This document shows, piece by piece, positions 1 to 8,765 of a stretch of 40,006 bases of DNA. The position numbers were made by a program, and so were the translations under genes. Source of the DNA: Actinomycetota bacterium (lineage in GTDB: Bacteria; Actinomycetota; Actinomycetes; Nanopelagicales; Nanopelagicaceae); the NCBI GenBank assembly GCA_039805445.1, contig JBDLUF010000001.1:1-40006 (forward strand), read 5' to 3'. Under the pieces are notes generated by a model. It had not been told where the DNA came from. It worked only from the letters and a program-made list of their open reading frames with translations, and made no database searches. Position 1 is the first letter of the stretch; the number at the start of each line of letters is the position of its first letter.

Positions 1-128
1 GGTGTTGGTGGTGGTGTTGGTGTTGGTGTTGGTGTTGGTGTTGGTGTTGGTGTTGGTGTTGGTGTTGGTGTTGGTGTTGGTGTTGGTGTTGGTGTTGGTG
101 TTGGTGTTGGTGTTGGTGTTGGTGTTGG
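1..128. repeat. Perfect hexanucleotide tandem repeat (GGTGTT)n, read as CCAACA = Pro-Thr on the minus strand
   Basis: 19 uninterrupted GGTGTT copies at 13-126, plus one at 1-6 separated by GGTGGT; may continue beyond the window. Confidence 0.97.
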
Positions 129-3100
129 AATCTCTTCGTAAGCAACCGCAATAGTGTGAGCTGCCGATACATTTGAGAATTGATACCCACTAGTTTTTGC
201 TGTTGTAAGAGTCGGAGTCGTTGATGAACCCAATGCCCTTCCGTCAACGTAAATTGAAACTACCCGGTATCCACTAGCCGGAGTGAATGTATATGTTGGC
301 GAATTTGAACCGTAAGAAATGGTTGTACTGCCAGCTGACGAGATGGATCCGTTAGATCCCGTTGATGCCACAATCTCGTATGACTGCAACCCTGTTGTAA
401 CCGCAATACTTGAATTCGCTGTCACATTACTAAATGTGTAACTTCCTGCGGTAATTAAGCTGGCCAGAGTGGGGTTTGTCGATCCGTTCAATGTAGTGCC
501 ATTTAGTATGATTCCGACTAATTTGTAGCCTGATGCTGTAGCGAAGTTAACCTTCTTACTACCACCTGAAACTACTGTTGCAGAGGCAGTTATTGTTGAA
601 TGACTATCGGGTGTAGTTGTTATAGTGTATGAGGTAACTGGAATCAATGAATACGAAACACTTATCTCGTGGCTGGCATCAACATTTAAGAATGTGTAGC
701 CATTTGTGGTCGCGTCAATTAGAGTCGGTGTAGTTGAGGAACTTAAGGGAACACCATCAATTAAAATCGCATTGAGTTGGTAACCTGATGAGGCAGTAAA
801 ACTGTAAAGTGCCGAGCTAGAACCATGATTTACGGTACTACTACCAGAATTGGAAATACTTCCACCAGAACTCGATGATGCGGTGATTGAATAACTCTTC
901 ATTGTAGAAGTGACAGAAATACTGTGAATAGCTGAAATATTTGCAAATGTGTAACTTAAATTTGTTAAAGCGGTTGTCAGTGCATCGCCGCTCAATGCAG
1001 TGCCATCAACAGAAACTCCCGTAATGGAGTAGCCAGTTAATGGTGCAAAGGTAATCACTGGAGAACTTCCCGAAAGTGCATTTGTACTTGTGGTAATCGT
1101 GCTAGTGGAATCATGTGTTGTTGTTACCAAATATGCCTGTAATACCGACATAGTCATCGTTGTAGTGACGCCTGAGTTGTATTTCGATGTATCGGTTGGC
1201 GTAAATGTTGCCGTAATCAAGGAGGTGCCAACACTTCCAGGCGTAACTGTTGAATTTCCTGAGCCACTCAGCGCTACTACCGAAGTATCAGAAGATGTAT
1301 ATGAGAAAGTACCTGCCGTATTGCTTGTTGGAGATAAAACAGTGGCTGTATCACCTAACTTAATACTCTGATTGCTCCATGTAAGTACCGGATCACCCTT
1401 TAAAAGCTGGAGGGTATCTGTGGTCGAAATTGAAGTTCCATTAATAGTGACTTTGAAGGTGGTTGTACCCAGGGGTAGATTTGAAAAACCTAGATTTGTA
1501 AAGCTTACAATTCCGGCGACAGCTGTAGCGGTTTCTTGGAGAATTACCGCGTCGGGAATGGGGCTATAAGGATAAACAGCAGGAAATACTGTGTTTAGAA
1601 CTGTCACAGTGACGACAGATGTGTTATCTGTGACCATAACATTGTTGCCACTATCTCGTATTTCCCAAATTGGTTGAGTTGCCATGGGACGTCCGTAAGT
1701 TGTATTTATGTCCCTACGCGTGTTGTTCAAACTTGCGGGCGGCCCGCGAAGTGCTAAAACTACTTGTGTTGCTGAAACAAGATTTGGTGAGTCATAACTT
1801 AATGTGCAATTACTTCCCTCAAGGCCAGTAATTGAAAGACTAGAGAATTGTGCAACTCCACTCACCGCGGTCTCTGTTGCATTTGACGTACGACAATCTG
1901 TCGTAGGTGTTGTCACGCTGACTATTGTGGATGAATCACTTGTTACTAGATTTCCGGCAACATCTTGAATCTTTACGACTGGTTGAGTTGAGAAAGAAAC
2001 ACCCGATTGACCACCCACTCCTACTGTGGTTAAAGCCAACTTGTAGGGATCGCCGATAACTGCGGTAACTGTCTGCGTGTCAGTGAAACCGCTGGATGAG
2101 AAGGAGATTGTGTAGTTAGTTCCGGCAAATCCATTTAGTCCAAGATTTGAAAAAATGGCGATACCACTCGCAGCTGTCGCTTGTTTTGTGCCAATTAGTG
2201 TTCCACCACTACTGACTGAAGCGATTACAACAGAGGCACTATCTGTTGTAATAGTTGCGCCATTTCCATCTTTTAGCGTTACAACGGGTTGTGTTGTAAA
2301 TGCAACACCATTTTTTACTCCAGAAGCAGGAGTTGACAATGCAATAGAAGCAACAGTGGATCCAGGATTTACAGCGGTGCTTGTTGAAGATGCTTCGCCA
2401 AAACCATTGGCGTTATACGCTGAAACTCTGAAAATATAAGCTAGGTAATTTGTTAAGCCCGTAATCGTTGCACTTGTTGAAGTTGATGCGGTGTGTGAAT
2501 ACGTGGTCCACGTTGAACCAGCATCGGTGCTGTGTTCGATCTTGTAATCACTGATTGAAGCTCCGTTAGCAGAGGGGGCTGACCAAGTAACAGCTGCAGT
2601 CTGATTTGAAGCAGTTGCATTAACAGAAGTGGGGGTTCCGGGAAGGCCACTTGGTGTTATAGATAGGGAATTCGCTGAATTCAAACCAGTTCCCACAATA
2701 TTTATTGCAGAAACTCTGAAAATATAGGAAGTACCGTTCACCAAACTGTCTACGGTAATAGTTGTTTCGACAGAGGCTGCATGGGAAAAGGTGCTCCAAT
2801 TAGTCCCACCATTAGAGCTGTATTGAATCAGATAGTCAGAAATGGCTGCACCACCTGTGCTTGGGGCTGACCAGGACAAAGTAACTGTGCCATCTGCATA
2901 AATACCAGTTGGTGCTGAAGGTGCCGATGGAGCCACTGCAGCGGGAGATGAATTATCAGATACAACTCCCGTACCGACAGCATTCTTTGCACTTACTCTG
3001 AAAATGTACACAGCTCCTCCGGGCAATCCGGAGATAGTTACATTTGTAGAAGTGCTTGCGGTATGAGTATAAGTACTCCAGCTACTCCCAGCATTTGTGC

Positions 3101-5030
3101 TGTATTCGTAAACATAATCAGTAATGGCAACTCCACCATTACTTGTTGGCGCACTCCACGCTAAATTTATATTCGAGCCTGAATATGTTGCCGTAGGTGT
3201 AGAACTTTTGCCTGGCGATGTTTTAGGAACAATTGGAGTGTATTGACTTGTTTTTACTGGAGTACCAGATCCAACATCATTCACAGATGTAACTCTTACA
3301 AAGTAAGAGGTGCCATTAGTTAGCCCAGTAATAGTTACAGGAGAGTTCAATAAACCGCTGCTTGGAAATTTTGTCCATGTGCTGTAATTGGTCGAGTACT
3401 CAACTTGATAGCCAGTAATGGGTGAATCGCCATCCCAATATGAATTTTCCCAGGACACTACAATCGAAGAATCCCCTGCTGTCGTAGCTATATTCCTTGC
3501 AGACCACGGTAAGTACCCAGGAGTAAGTGCAGTTGACGTCTTCGCATAATTTCCATAGCCCCAAGCATTTCGGCCGGAAACTCGGAATAAATAACCAGTA
3601 CCGTTGCTCAACCCGGTAATTGTTGCTGATGCACTTCCACTTGATACTGAAACACTTGGACTAACAACAGTTGACCACGTGTAACCGTTATTTGATGAAT
3701 ATTGAATCACGTAGTCGATGAGAGAAGGATTGCTCGATGGAACGGCCCATGTGACTGTGGCTTGTGCATTTCCCACTAAAGCCGAGATTGTCGCAGGGGC
3801 AGATGGAGTTGATAAGGATGCCGCACGTAACACGTTGTAGTTATTTAGTATGAGGATATTTCCGTTGCTTGACAGTGATATTCCTGCCCAAATTGATGAC
3901 AATGCATTATTCATCAAGAATCCCAATTCTTGCGGATAGCTTATTTGAGCAAAATTCGCACCTCTATCTATTGAGTAAAAAACATGCGCTGGACGGCCTC
4001 CCAAAAAGCCTTCATCAGTTTCAAAAATTATCGTGTTTCCATCATCGGATATTTGAACCCAATGAATTTCAATAGCACTTCCAACCACGCCAGTGAAAGT
4101 AGCAAAGACATCTTTCACCAAACTAAAATTGCTGCCAAAATCGTGACTTGCATACAGTTTGTCTTCAAGATGTTGGCCAGATGAGTTAGACCAATATTTA
4201 GAATAGCCAACGATTATGTGTTGGCCATTTGAACTCATGTCCAAACTTTGTCCACGTAAACCGGTATCTGTCCATGTAACGCCTGCATCCACAGATCTCA
4301 AGACAGATCCCTGCGGGGTAGTCCATATAATTTTTGATCCATCAGCCGAAGCCGCTAATTGACTATCAAACTTAATCCAAGATTCAGAACGTGATTGTTT
4401 TTCAACCCACGTTAATCCCCCATCGCCTGAAATAAACAACTTGTGATTGGTCGTACTGGAACCACCATAACCTTCAGCGAGCGTAAGCGAACCAATTGAA
4501 GATGTGATGGCAATTTTCTCACCGCTATTCGAAACTGTTATTGCTGAAAAAGGTCCTATGGGAGCACCACTACCTGTTGTATTCATCCTGCGCCATGAAA
4601 CACCGTGATCAGAGCTGATCATCAGAATGACATCCTCAAATGAAATCGCGTCAATTGAAACTGCTTTTGAATACGCAACTAATATTTGTGACCCGTCGTT
4701 AGATATTGCGACTAAGGTATTTTGCCCTCTTACTTCATCGGAAATATTGTTAAAGGTAACTCCACCATCTTTGGAATACATCACTGATTCATATTTTCTT
4801 ACATAAGCTCGATATTGGCCGTCTCCCGAAATGGAGATAGAAGTTACATCTGCATATCCATCACTAGAAAATTGTGTGTCGGAGCCTCCTCCAAATCGAG
4901 TATCACTCCACGAAACTGGCTCAGTGGCACGAGCAGTGGTCACTCCCGTAATCTGAAGGAGCACCAGAAAAGAAATGCTTGGTATTAAAAGCATTAAATA
5001 ACGGACTACTCTCGATCGGCGTTTTTCCAT
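1..5030 (-). CDS. Giant secreted/surface protein, 3'-truncated by the window edge (>=1676 codons): signal peptide, Asp-box (BNR) beta-propeller, 5 fibronectin type III domains, 3 'TQP' Ig-like repeats, 4 InlB-B/Flg_new-like repeats, Pro-Thr linker
   Basis: Manual translation from ATG at 5030 gives MEKRRSRVVRYLMLLIPSISFLVLLQITGVTTARA|TEPV (signal-peptide-like). Six Asp-boxes follow (YSKDGGVTF, ISSDHGVSW, ISGDGGLTW, RSVDAGVTW, ASHDFGSNF, YSIDRGANF), then FN3 signatures (W.AP...Y...Y.FRVSA.N..G.G). The same frame reads PTPT at position 3. No stop was seen, which explains its absence from the ORF track. Confidence 0.9.
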   Translation of the reverse strand, partial: MEKRRSRVVRYLMLLIPSISFLVLLQITGVTTARATEPVSWSDTRFGGGSDTQFSSDGYADVTSISISGDGQYRAYVRKYESVMYSKDGGVTFNNISDEVRGQNTLVAISNDGSQILVAYSKAVSIDAISFEDVILMISSDHGVSWRRMNTTGSGAPIGPFSAITVSNSGEKIAITSSIGSLTLAEGYGGSSTTNHKLFISGDGGLTWVEKQSRSESWIKFDSQLAASADGSKIIWTTPQGSVLRSVDAGVTWTDTGLRGQSLDMSSNGQHIIVGYSKYWSNSSGQHLEDKLYASHDFGSNFSLVKDVFATFTGVVGSAIEIHWVQISDDGNTIIFETDEGFLGGRPAHVFYSIDRGANFAQISYPQELGFLMNNALSSIWAGISLSSNGNILILNNYNVLRAASLSTPSAPATISALVGNAQATVTWAVPSSNPSLIDYVIQYSSNNGYTWSTVVSPSVSVSSGSASATITGLSNGTGYLFRVSGRNAWGYGNYAKTSTALTPGYLPWSARNIATTAGDSSIVVSWENSYWDGDSPITGYQVEYSTNYSTWTKFPSSGLLNSPVTITGLTNGTSYFVRVTSVNDVGSGTPVKTSQYTPIVPKTSPGKSSTPTATYSGSNINLAWSAPTSNGGVAITDYVYEYSTNAGSSWSTYTHTASTSTNVTISGLPGGAVYIFRVSAKNAVGTGVVSDNSSPAAVAPSAPSAPTGIYADGTVTLSWSAPSTGGAAISDYLIQYSSNGGTNWSTFSHAASVETTITVDSLVNGTSYIFRVSAINIVGTGLNSANSLSITPSGLPGTPTSVNATASNQTAAVTWSAPSANGASISDYKIEHSTDAGSTWTTYSHTASTSTSATITGLTNYLAYIFRVSAYNANGFGEASSTSTAVNPGSTVASIALSTPASGVKNGVAFTTQPVVTLKDGNGATITTDSASVVIASVSSGGTLIGTKQATAASGIAIFSNLGLNGFAGTNYTISFSSSGFTDTQTVTAVIGDPYKLALTTVGVGGQSGVSFSTQPVVKIQDVAGNLVTSDSSTIVSVTTPTTDCRTSNATETAVSGVAQFSSLSITGLEGSNCTLSYDSPNLVSATQVVLALRGPPASLNNTRRDINTTYGRPMATQPIWEIRDSGNNVMVTDNTSVVTVTVLNTVFPAVYPYSPIPDAVILQETATAVAGIVSFTNLGFSNLPLGTTTFKVTINGTSISTTDTLQLLKGDPVLTWSNQSIKLGDTATVLSPTSNTAGTFSYTSSDTSVVALSGSGNSTVTPGSVGTSLITATFTPTDTSKYNSGVTTTMTMSVLQAYLVTTTHDSTSTITTSTNALSGSSPVITFAPLTGYSITGVSVDGTALSGDALTTALTNLSYTFANISAIHSISVTSTMKSYSITASSSSGGSISNSGSSTVNHGSSSALYSFTASSGYQLNAILIDGVPLSSSTTPTLIDATTNGYTFLNVDASHEISVSYSLIPVTSYTITTTPDSHSTITASATVVSGGSKKVNFATASGYKLVGIILNGTTLNGSTNPTLASLITAGSYTFSNVTANSSIAVTTGLQSYEIVASTGSNGSISSAGSTTISYGSNSPTYTFTPASGYRVVSIYVDGRALGSSTTPTLTTAKTSGYQFSNVSAAHTIAVAYEEIPTPTPTPTPTPTPTPTPTPTPTPTPTPTPTPTPTPTPTPPPT

Positions 5031-5070
5031 TTTTCCACCATAAATTGTCGAAGGAGTCTTCCAAAGAAAG

Positions 5071-5099
5071 GACTAGTGTTTTCCCTAACGCACCTAGTC
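5071..5099. promoter_or_regulatory. Candidate operator in the divergent promoter region between the giant gene and the response regulator
   Basis: Inverted repeat GACTAG (5071-5076) / CTAGTC (5094-5099) enclosing the imperfect dyad TAGTGTTTTCCCTA, within a 99-bp divergent intergenic region. Confidence 0.35.
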
Positions 5100-5129
5100 A
5101 GCACCTGAACAAGAGAGAGATAATTAGTC

Positions 5130-5771
5130 ATGATTCTCGCAACTGCGATGCTGATCGATGATGACTCTTTCGTCAGAACTACCCTGCAGGCAGGGTTGGC
5201 TCATTACGGTATTCAGGTTTCAGATTCATTCGAGAGCGCGTCAGCAGCGATCAAAGCAATCGCTGAATCCAATGCGGATGTAGCGATAGTTGATTTAGAT
5301 TTAGGTCCAGGACCATCAGGGATCGATGTCTGCCATACCTTGAGAACTCATAAGCCCAACTTAGGTTTAATCCTTCTTACCTCGTATCAAGATCCACGAA
5401 TTTTTGATCCATCTTCATCTAATTTGCCTAAGGGTTGCCGCTTTATTTCTAAATCAGAGCTGACAGATTTCAATCTATTGGTACAAACCATTCTCAGTGC
5501 AAGGATGAAACCTTTCCATTCCAAGTCAGAAGGTTTAACCGATTCATCAATTTTAACAATCACACAACTTGAGGTTTTGAAGCTCGTGGCGCAAGGGCTT
5601 TCAACTGATGAAATTGCAAAGATTCGCGAGGTCTCCCCTAAGGCCATTGAAAGTACAATTGCAAAGATTCACAAAGCTGCCGGATTAAAGAAATCAAAAT
5701 CTATGAACCAGCGAGTTCAGTTGGCTCGCTTTTATTTCTTATTGTCGGGAAAGAAACCCCCAGGGGCGTAG
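5130..5771 (+). CDS. NarL/LuxR-family two-component response regulator
   Basis: Receiver residues present (IDDD, IVDLD, LLTS, ISK); C-terminal LuxR HTH (LTITQLEVLKLVAQGLSTDEIA...VSPKAIE). Confidence 0.92.
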   Translation: MILATAMLIDDDSFVRTTLQAGLAHYGIQVSDSFESASAAIKAIAESNADVAIVDLDLGPGPSGIDVCHTLRTHKPNLGLILLTSYQDPRIFDPSSSNLPKGCRFISKSELTDFNLLVQTILSARMKPFHSKSEGLTDSSILTITQLEVLKLVAQGLSTDEIAKIREVSPKAIESTIAKIHKAAGLKKSKSMNQRVQLARFYFLLSGKKPPGA

Positions 5772-5775
5772 ATAA

Positions 5776-7431
5776 GTGAACCTTCAATTCAAAAATCTCA
5801 TAAGACTGTCAACAGCTGGCTTTGCTCTGTACTCACCAATATCAATTCTCGCTTATCCGGTTAGCTTGCTTGTTGTAAACCCCGGTGCTTCACCGCTTCA
5901 ACTTCTTTTGCTAGGCGTCATTCTCACAATGTTTTCCTTCATGTTCTATTTCCCATTAATGAAGTTGCACAACAAATATGCGATTAAACCGAGCACCTTT
6001 GCCGTCAGCTTCTTCATATTTGTCATTGCCGCTACAGGTGCATTTAGAGGCGTACTTTTCTACTACTTTGATGACTTCTTTAATTATGAACAGCCGAGCT
6101 CATTTCTAAATAGAGTCCTAGCGTCCATGCTGACCTCAATTTTCTGGCTCGCTGCTTCAAATGTTGTCATCAACATTTCGAGATCATTCCGAAGTAAGTA
6201 CCAAAGTACACTCAATCAGTACTTGGCGGCACATTTGAGCGCAGGAACAACCGATATCAAATTAACTCCCGAATTTCTTGAATTCACAGACCTTCGTCAA
6301 GACTTAACAAACTCACTCATTAATCTCCTTGAAAGTGGCACTCCTGAATCGTTTGGGGAGGAGTCGGAGAAGCTAACGTTGCAAATTAATGAGCAACTTC
6401 GACCACTGAGTCGTCGAATTTGGCTTCGCAGCCTAAATGAATACCCAGTCATAAATGTAAAAATCTTAATTAGGGATTCACTAGCGGCGCTTATTTTTTC
6501 TCGAAAACTCTTTATCTTGATAATGCTTTTTCTAGCCCTTCTCAACAATCTATTTCTGCGAAGTCTTGGTGAATCCTTATGGAGAACTGGGTCTTACCTA
6601 CTAGCTACTTATCTAATTCTATTTTTTGTTGATAAATTTAATCTACTCGGAAAAAATATTGGAAGAAATATTCTAATTATTTCTCTCATTTCAATAATTC
6701 CTATTTATCTGAGTGAGTTCCTGGCGGGATTCCTGGGTTTCAATCAAAACTTTCTTGCAACCGCTTTGATTACTCCAGTTCCTATCGCAGTAATTGTCGT
6801 TCTTTCATTTATTGATTTATCAAACAGAGATAGAAGCTTTTTGCTTTCCTTGCTTGAGGAAAAGAGATCTGAGATTTACGCTGAAACTTCAAAAGGTATA
6901 GACCATAATAAAAGGCAGCTTGCCTCATATTTGCATAACACCTTTCAATCTGAACTCCTCGCGCTCTCTCAGCAATTAGCTGCAGCGGCGTTGACTCGTG
7001 ACAAGGAAAAAACAGCCAAAGTGCTGCAACGAGTTTCGGCAGTAGCTAATCGTTCATTGTCTGAGGATCTTTCCCGGATGAATCAAAAACCACTCGAGCG
7101 TTTAGAGAGTGTCGTACTTTCATGGGAAAACTTGCTGACAATAGATATTCAGATAGAAAATGACTTTCTGAATGAACACCTTGACAGCATCACCTTCATT
7201 CAAACACTAGAAGAGGTTGCGACAAATGCCTTTAGGCATGACAGGGCCACAAGGTTGACGGTCACCGCTGAGATAGGTGAGGTGGGCGTTCGTGTTTCAT
7301 TCCAGAGTAATGGCACTCAGCCATTATCTAAATCCAAAGGACTTGGAACTTTGTGGCTGAACCAGGTCAGTCTGACCCCATGGAGTATTGAAAAGAATGA
7401 ATTGGGAACCCAGATAGTTGTGGAAATTTAA
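5776..7431 (+). CDS. Multi-pass membrane sensor histidine kinase-like protein (HisKA_3/NarX-DesK type, atypical boxes)
   Basis: Two blocks of hydrophobic helices; H-box-like QLASYLHN, N-box EEVATNAFRH, G-boxes QSNG and KGLG; GTG start 4 bp after the regulator. Confidence 0.78.
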   Translation: MNLQFKNLIRLSTAGFALYSPISILAYPVSLLVVNPGASPLQLLLLGVILTMFSFMFYFPLMKLHNKYAIKPSTFAVSFFIFVIAATGAFRGVLFYYFDDFFNYEQPSSFLNRVLASMLTSIFWLAASNVVINISRSFRSKYQSTLNQYLAAHLSAGTTDIKLTPEFLEFTDLRQDLTNSLINLLESGTPESFGEESEKLTLQINEQLRPLSRRIWLRSLNEYPVINVKILIRDSLAALIFSRKLFILIMLFLALLNNLFLRSLGESLWRTGSYLLATYLILFFVDKFNLLGKNIGRNILIISLISIIPIYLSEFLAGFLGFNQNFLATALITPVPIAVIVVLSFIDLSNRDRSFLLSLLEEKRSEIYAETSKGIDHNKRQLASYLHNTFQSELLALSQQLAAAALTRDKEKTAKVLQRVSAVANRSLSEDLSRMNQKPLERLESVVLSWENLLTIDIQIENDFLNEHLDSITFIQTLEEVATNAFRHDRATRLTVTAEIGEVGVRVSFQSNGTQPLSKSKGLGTLWLNQVSLTPWSIEKNELGTQIVVEI

Positions 7432-7433
7432 GG

Positions 7434-7509
7434 TGGTGCCCCCGGTCGGACTCGAACCGACACTGGAAGGATTTTAAGTCCTCTGTCTCTGCCATTGGAC
7501 TACGGGGGC
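7434..7509 (-). tRNA. tRNA-Leu(TAA), 76 nt, short variable loop, CCA encoded
   Basis: GCCCCCG/CGGGGGC acceptor stem + A + CCA; anticodon arm GAGGA-CTTAAAA-TCCTT; T arm GTCGG-TTCGAGT-CCGAC. Confidence 0.96.
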
Positions 7510-7600
7510 CACGAGCAAGTTCTGCGGAAGTTTACTTGATGAGGGGCTTTTGCAGAAACTGAGCCTTAAAAATCGTAATTATCAGGGTTACGATGACGGC

Positions 7601-8053
7601 ATGGATAATCATGAACTTCTCAAAAAGTATCGATCAACATCATTGGCATTTATTCAAGCTGCGGGTGAAATCAAACCTTCATCCTTCAATCTAGCTAAAG
7701 AAGGTGAGTGGTCTCCCGCATTTGTCATTCATCACGTTGCTGATGCTGAAGTTCAATTCGGCGTTCGATACGCAAACGCCCTTGCTGAAGACAATCCTCA
7801 AGTAATTCCATTTGATGAGGAGAAGTTTCCGACCGCACTGCAGTATCAAAACCGAAGTGTTGAAGCCTCACTTAATGCAATGACCGCACTTCATGCGATG
7901 AACTATGAAATTCTGAAGAATGCAACAGATGCGGATTGGCAACGTGTTTCTACCCATCCTCAACGCGGAACCGTTACCTTGTTTGATCTAGTTTCCCTAG
8001 GTACTGACCACACAGCAGGCCACGTAACACAGCTGAAGAACTCGGTTATTTAA
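7601..8053 (+). CDS. DinB/YfiT-family protein (probable start ATG 7601, leaderless)
   Basis: EGEWSPAFVIHHVADAE, HPQRG and DHTAGH His pattern; TACGAT -10 hexamer 6 nt before ATG 7601. Confidence 0.82.
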   Translation: MDNHELLKKYRSTSLAFIQAAGEIKPSSFNLAKEGEWSPAFVIHHVADAEVQFGVRYANALAEDNPQVIPFDEEKFPTALQYQNRSVEASLNAMTALHAMNYEILKNATDADWQRVSTHPQRGTVTLFDLVSLGTDHTAGHVTQLKNSVI

Positions 8054-8765
8054 AACTCTTTGCCTTTTTAAATACTGAGTTCAGCATTGGCTCAGTTAAT
8101 TTGCCGGTGAAAGTGTTTTGCTGACTTGGGTGGTAGCTGCCTAAGACCAGACGTTTCACGCCATCGCTGCCAACAAAGGTAAAACTATTGCTATGGCCGA
8201 ACTTTGGTGTCGGGGTTGGAATCTGGTTGTCAAGCGCGCGAAGACTCTTAATGATCGCACTCCACGCAAAACTTCCAAGTGCTACAAAGGTGCGAGCAGT
8301 TGGCATCAAAAGTTCTATCTCGTTGATTAAGTAATCTGAACACTGGCTTTTTTCTTCAGTTGAAGGTTTGTTATCGGGTGGAGCGCACCGAACTGCGCAG
8401 GTGATTCGGGTATCAATGAGTTTTTGTCCATCATCTGCCGATGTACTTGTGGGAATAGTTGCTAAACCATTCTTGTGCAGCGCTTTATAGAGCCAATCCC
8501 CTGATGAATCACCGGTAAAGATTCGTCCAGTTCGGTTTGCGCCATGGGCACCTGGTGCTAATCCAACGATCACGATTCGTGCATTGTCAGGACCAAAGCC
8601 TGGAACTGGCTTTCCCCAGTACTTTTCATTTTCATATGCCTTGCGCTTTACAACAGCGACCTCTTCACGCCATTGAACTAAACGTGGGCACTTGGTGCAG
8701 GCGACAATCTTTTGATCTAGCAGCTTTATAGATTTAATTGCGGGCAAGAGAAAATGCCATTCCAT
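8046..8765 (-). CDS. udgB: Family 5 uracil-DNA glycosylase (Fe-S); true start may be TTG at 8747
   Basis: CTKCPRL, GLAPGAHGANRTGRIFTGD, AVRCAPPDNKP, YHPSQQNT motifs. Confidence 0.9.
   Translation of the reverse strand: MEWHFLLPAIKSIKLLDQKIVACTKCPRLVQWREEVAVVKRKAYENEKYWGKPVPGFGPDNARIVIVGLAPGAHGANRTGRIFTGDSSGDWLYKALHKNGLATIPTSTSADDGQKLIDTRITCAVRCAPPDNKPSTEEKSQCSDYLINEIELLMPTARTFVALGSFAWSAIIKSLRALDNQIPTPTPKFGHSNSFTFVGSDGVKRLVLGSYHPSQQNTFTGKLTEPMLNSVFKKAKSFK

Noticed and set aside
1-128. Repeat array as a possible CRISPR or telomere-like tract
   Set aside because: No spacers or cas genes; it is an in-frame Pro-Thr coding repeat.
1090-5161. Short track ORFs at 1090, 1372, 2155, 2453, 3869, 3984 and 4979
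   Set aside because: They are antisense or out-of-frame shadows of the giant minus-strand ORF, which has coherent domain motifs throughout.
1-7431. Prophage or integrative mobile element
   Set aside because: No integrase, transposase or phage gene and no second att copy inside the window; described only as an accessory block.
7550-7600. N-terminal extension of the DinB-like ORF from TTG 7550
   Set aside because: A -10 hexamer 6 nt before ATG 7601 favours the later start, and the extension lies in the promoter region shared with the divergent tRNA-Leu.
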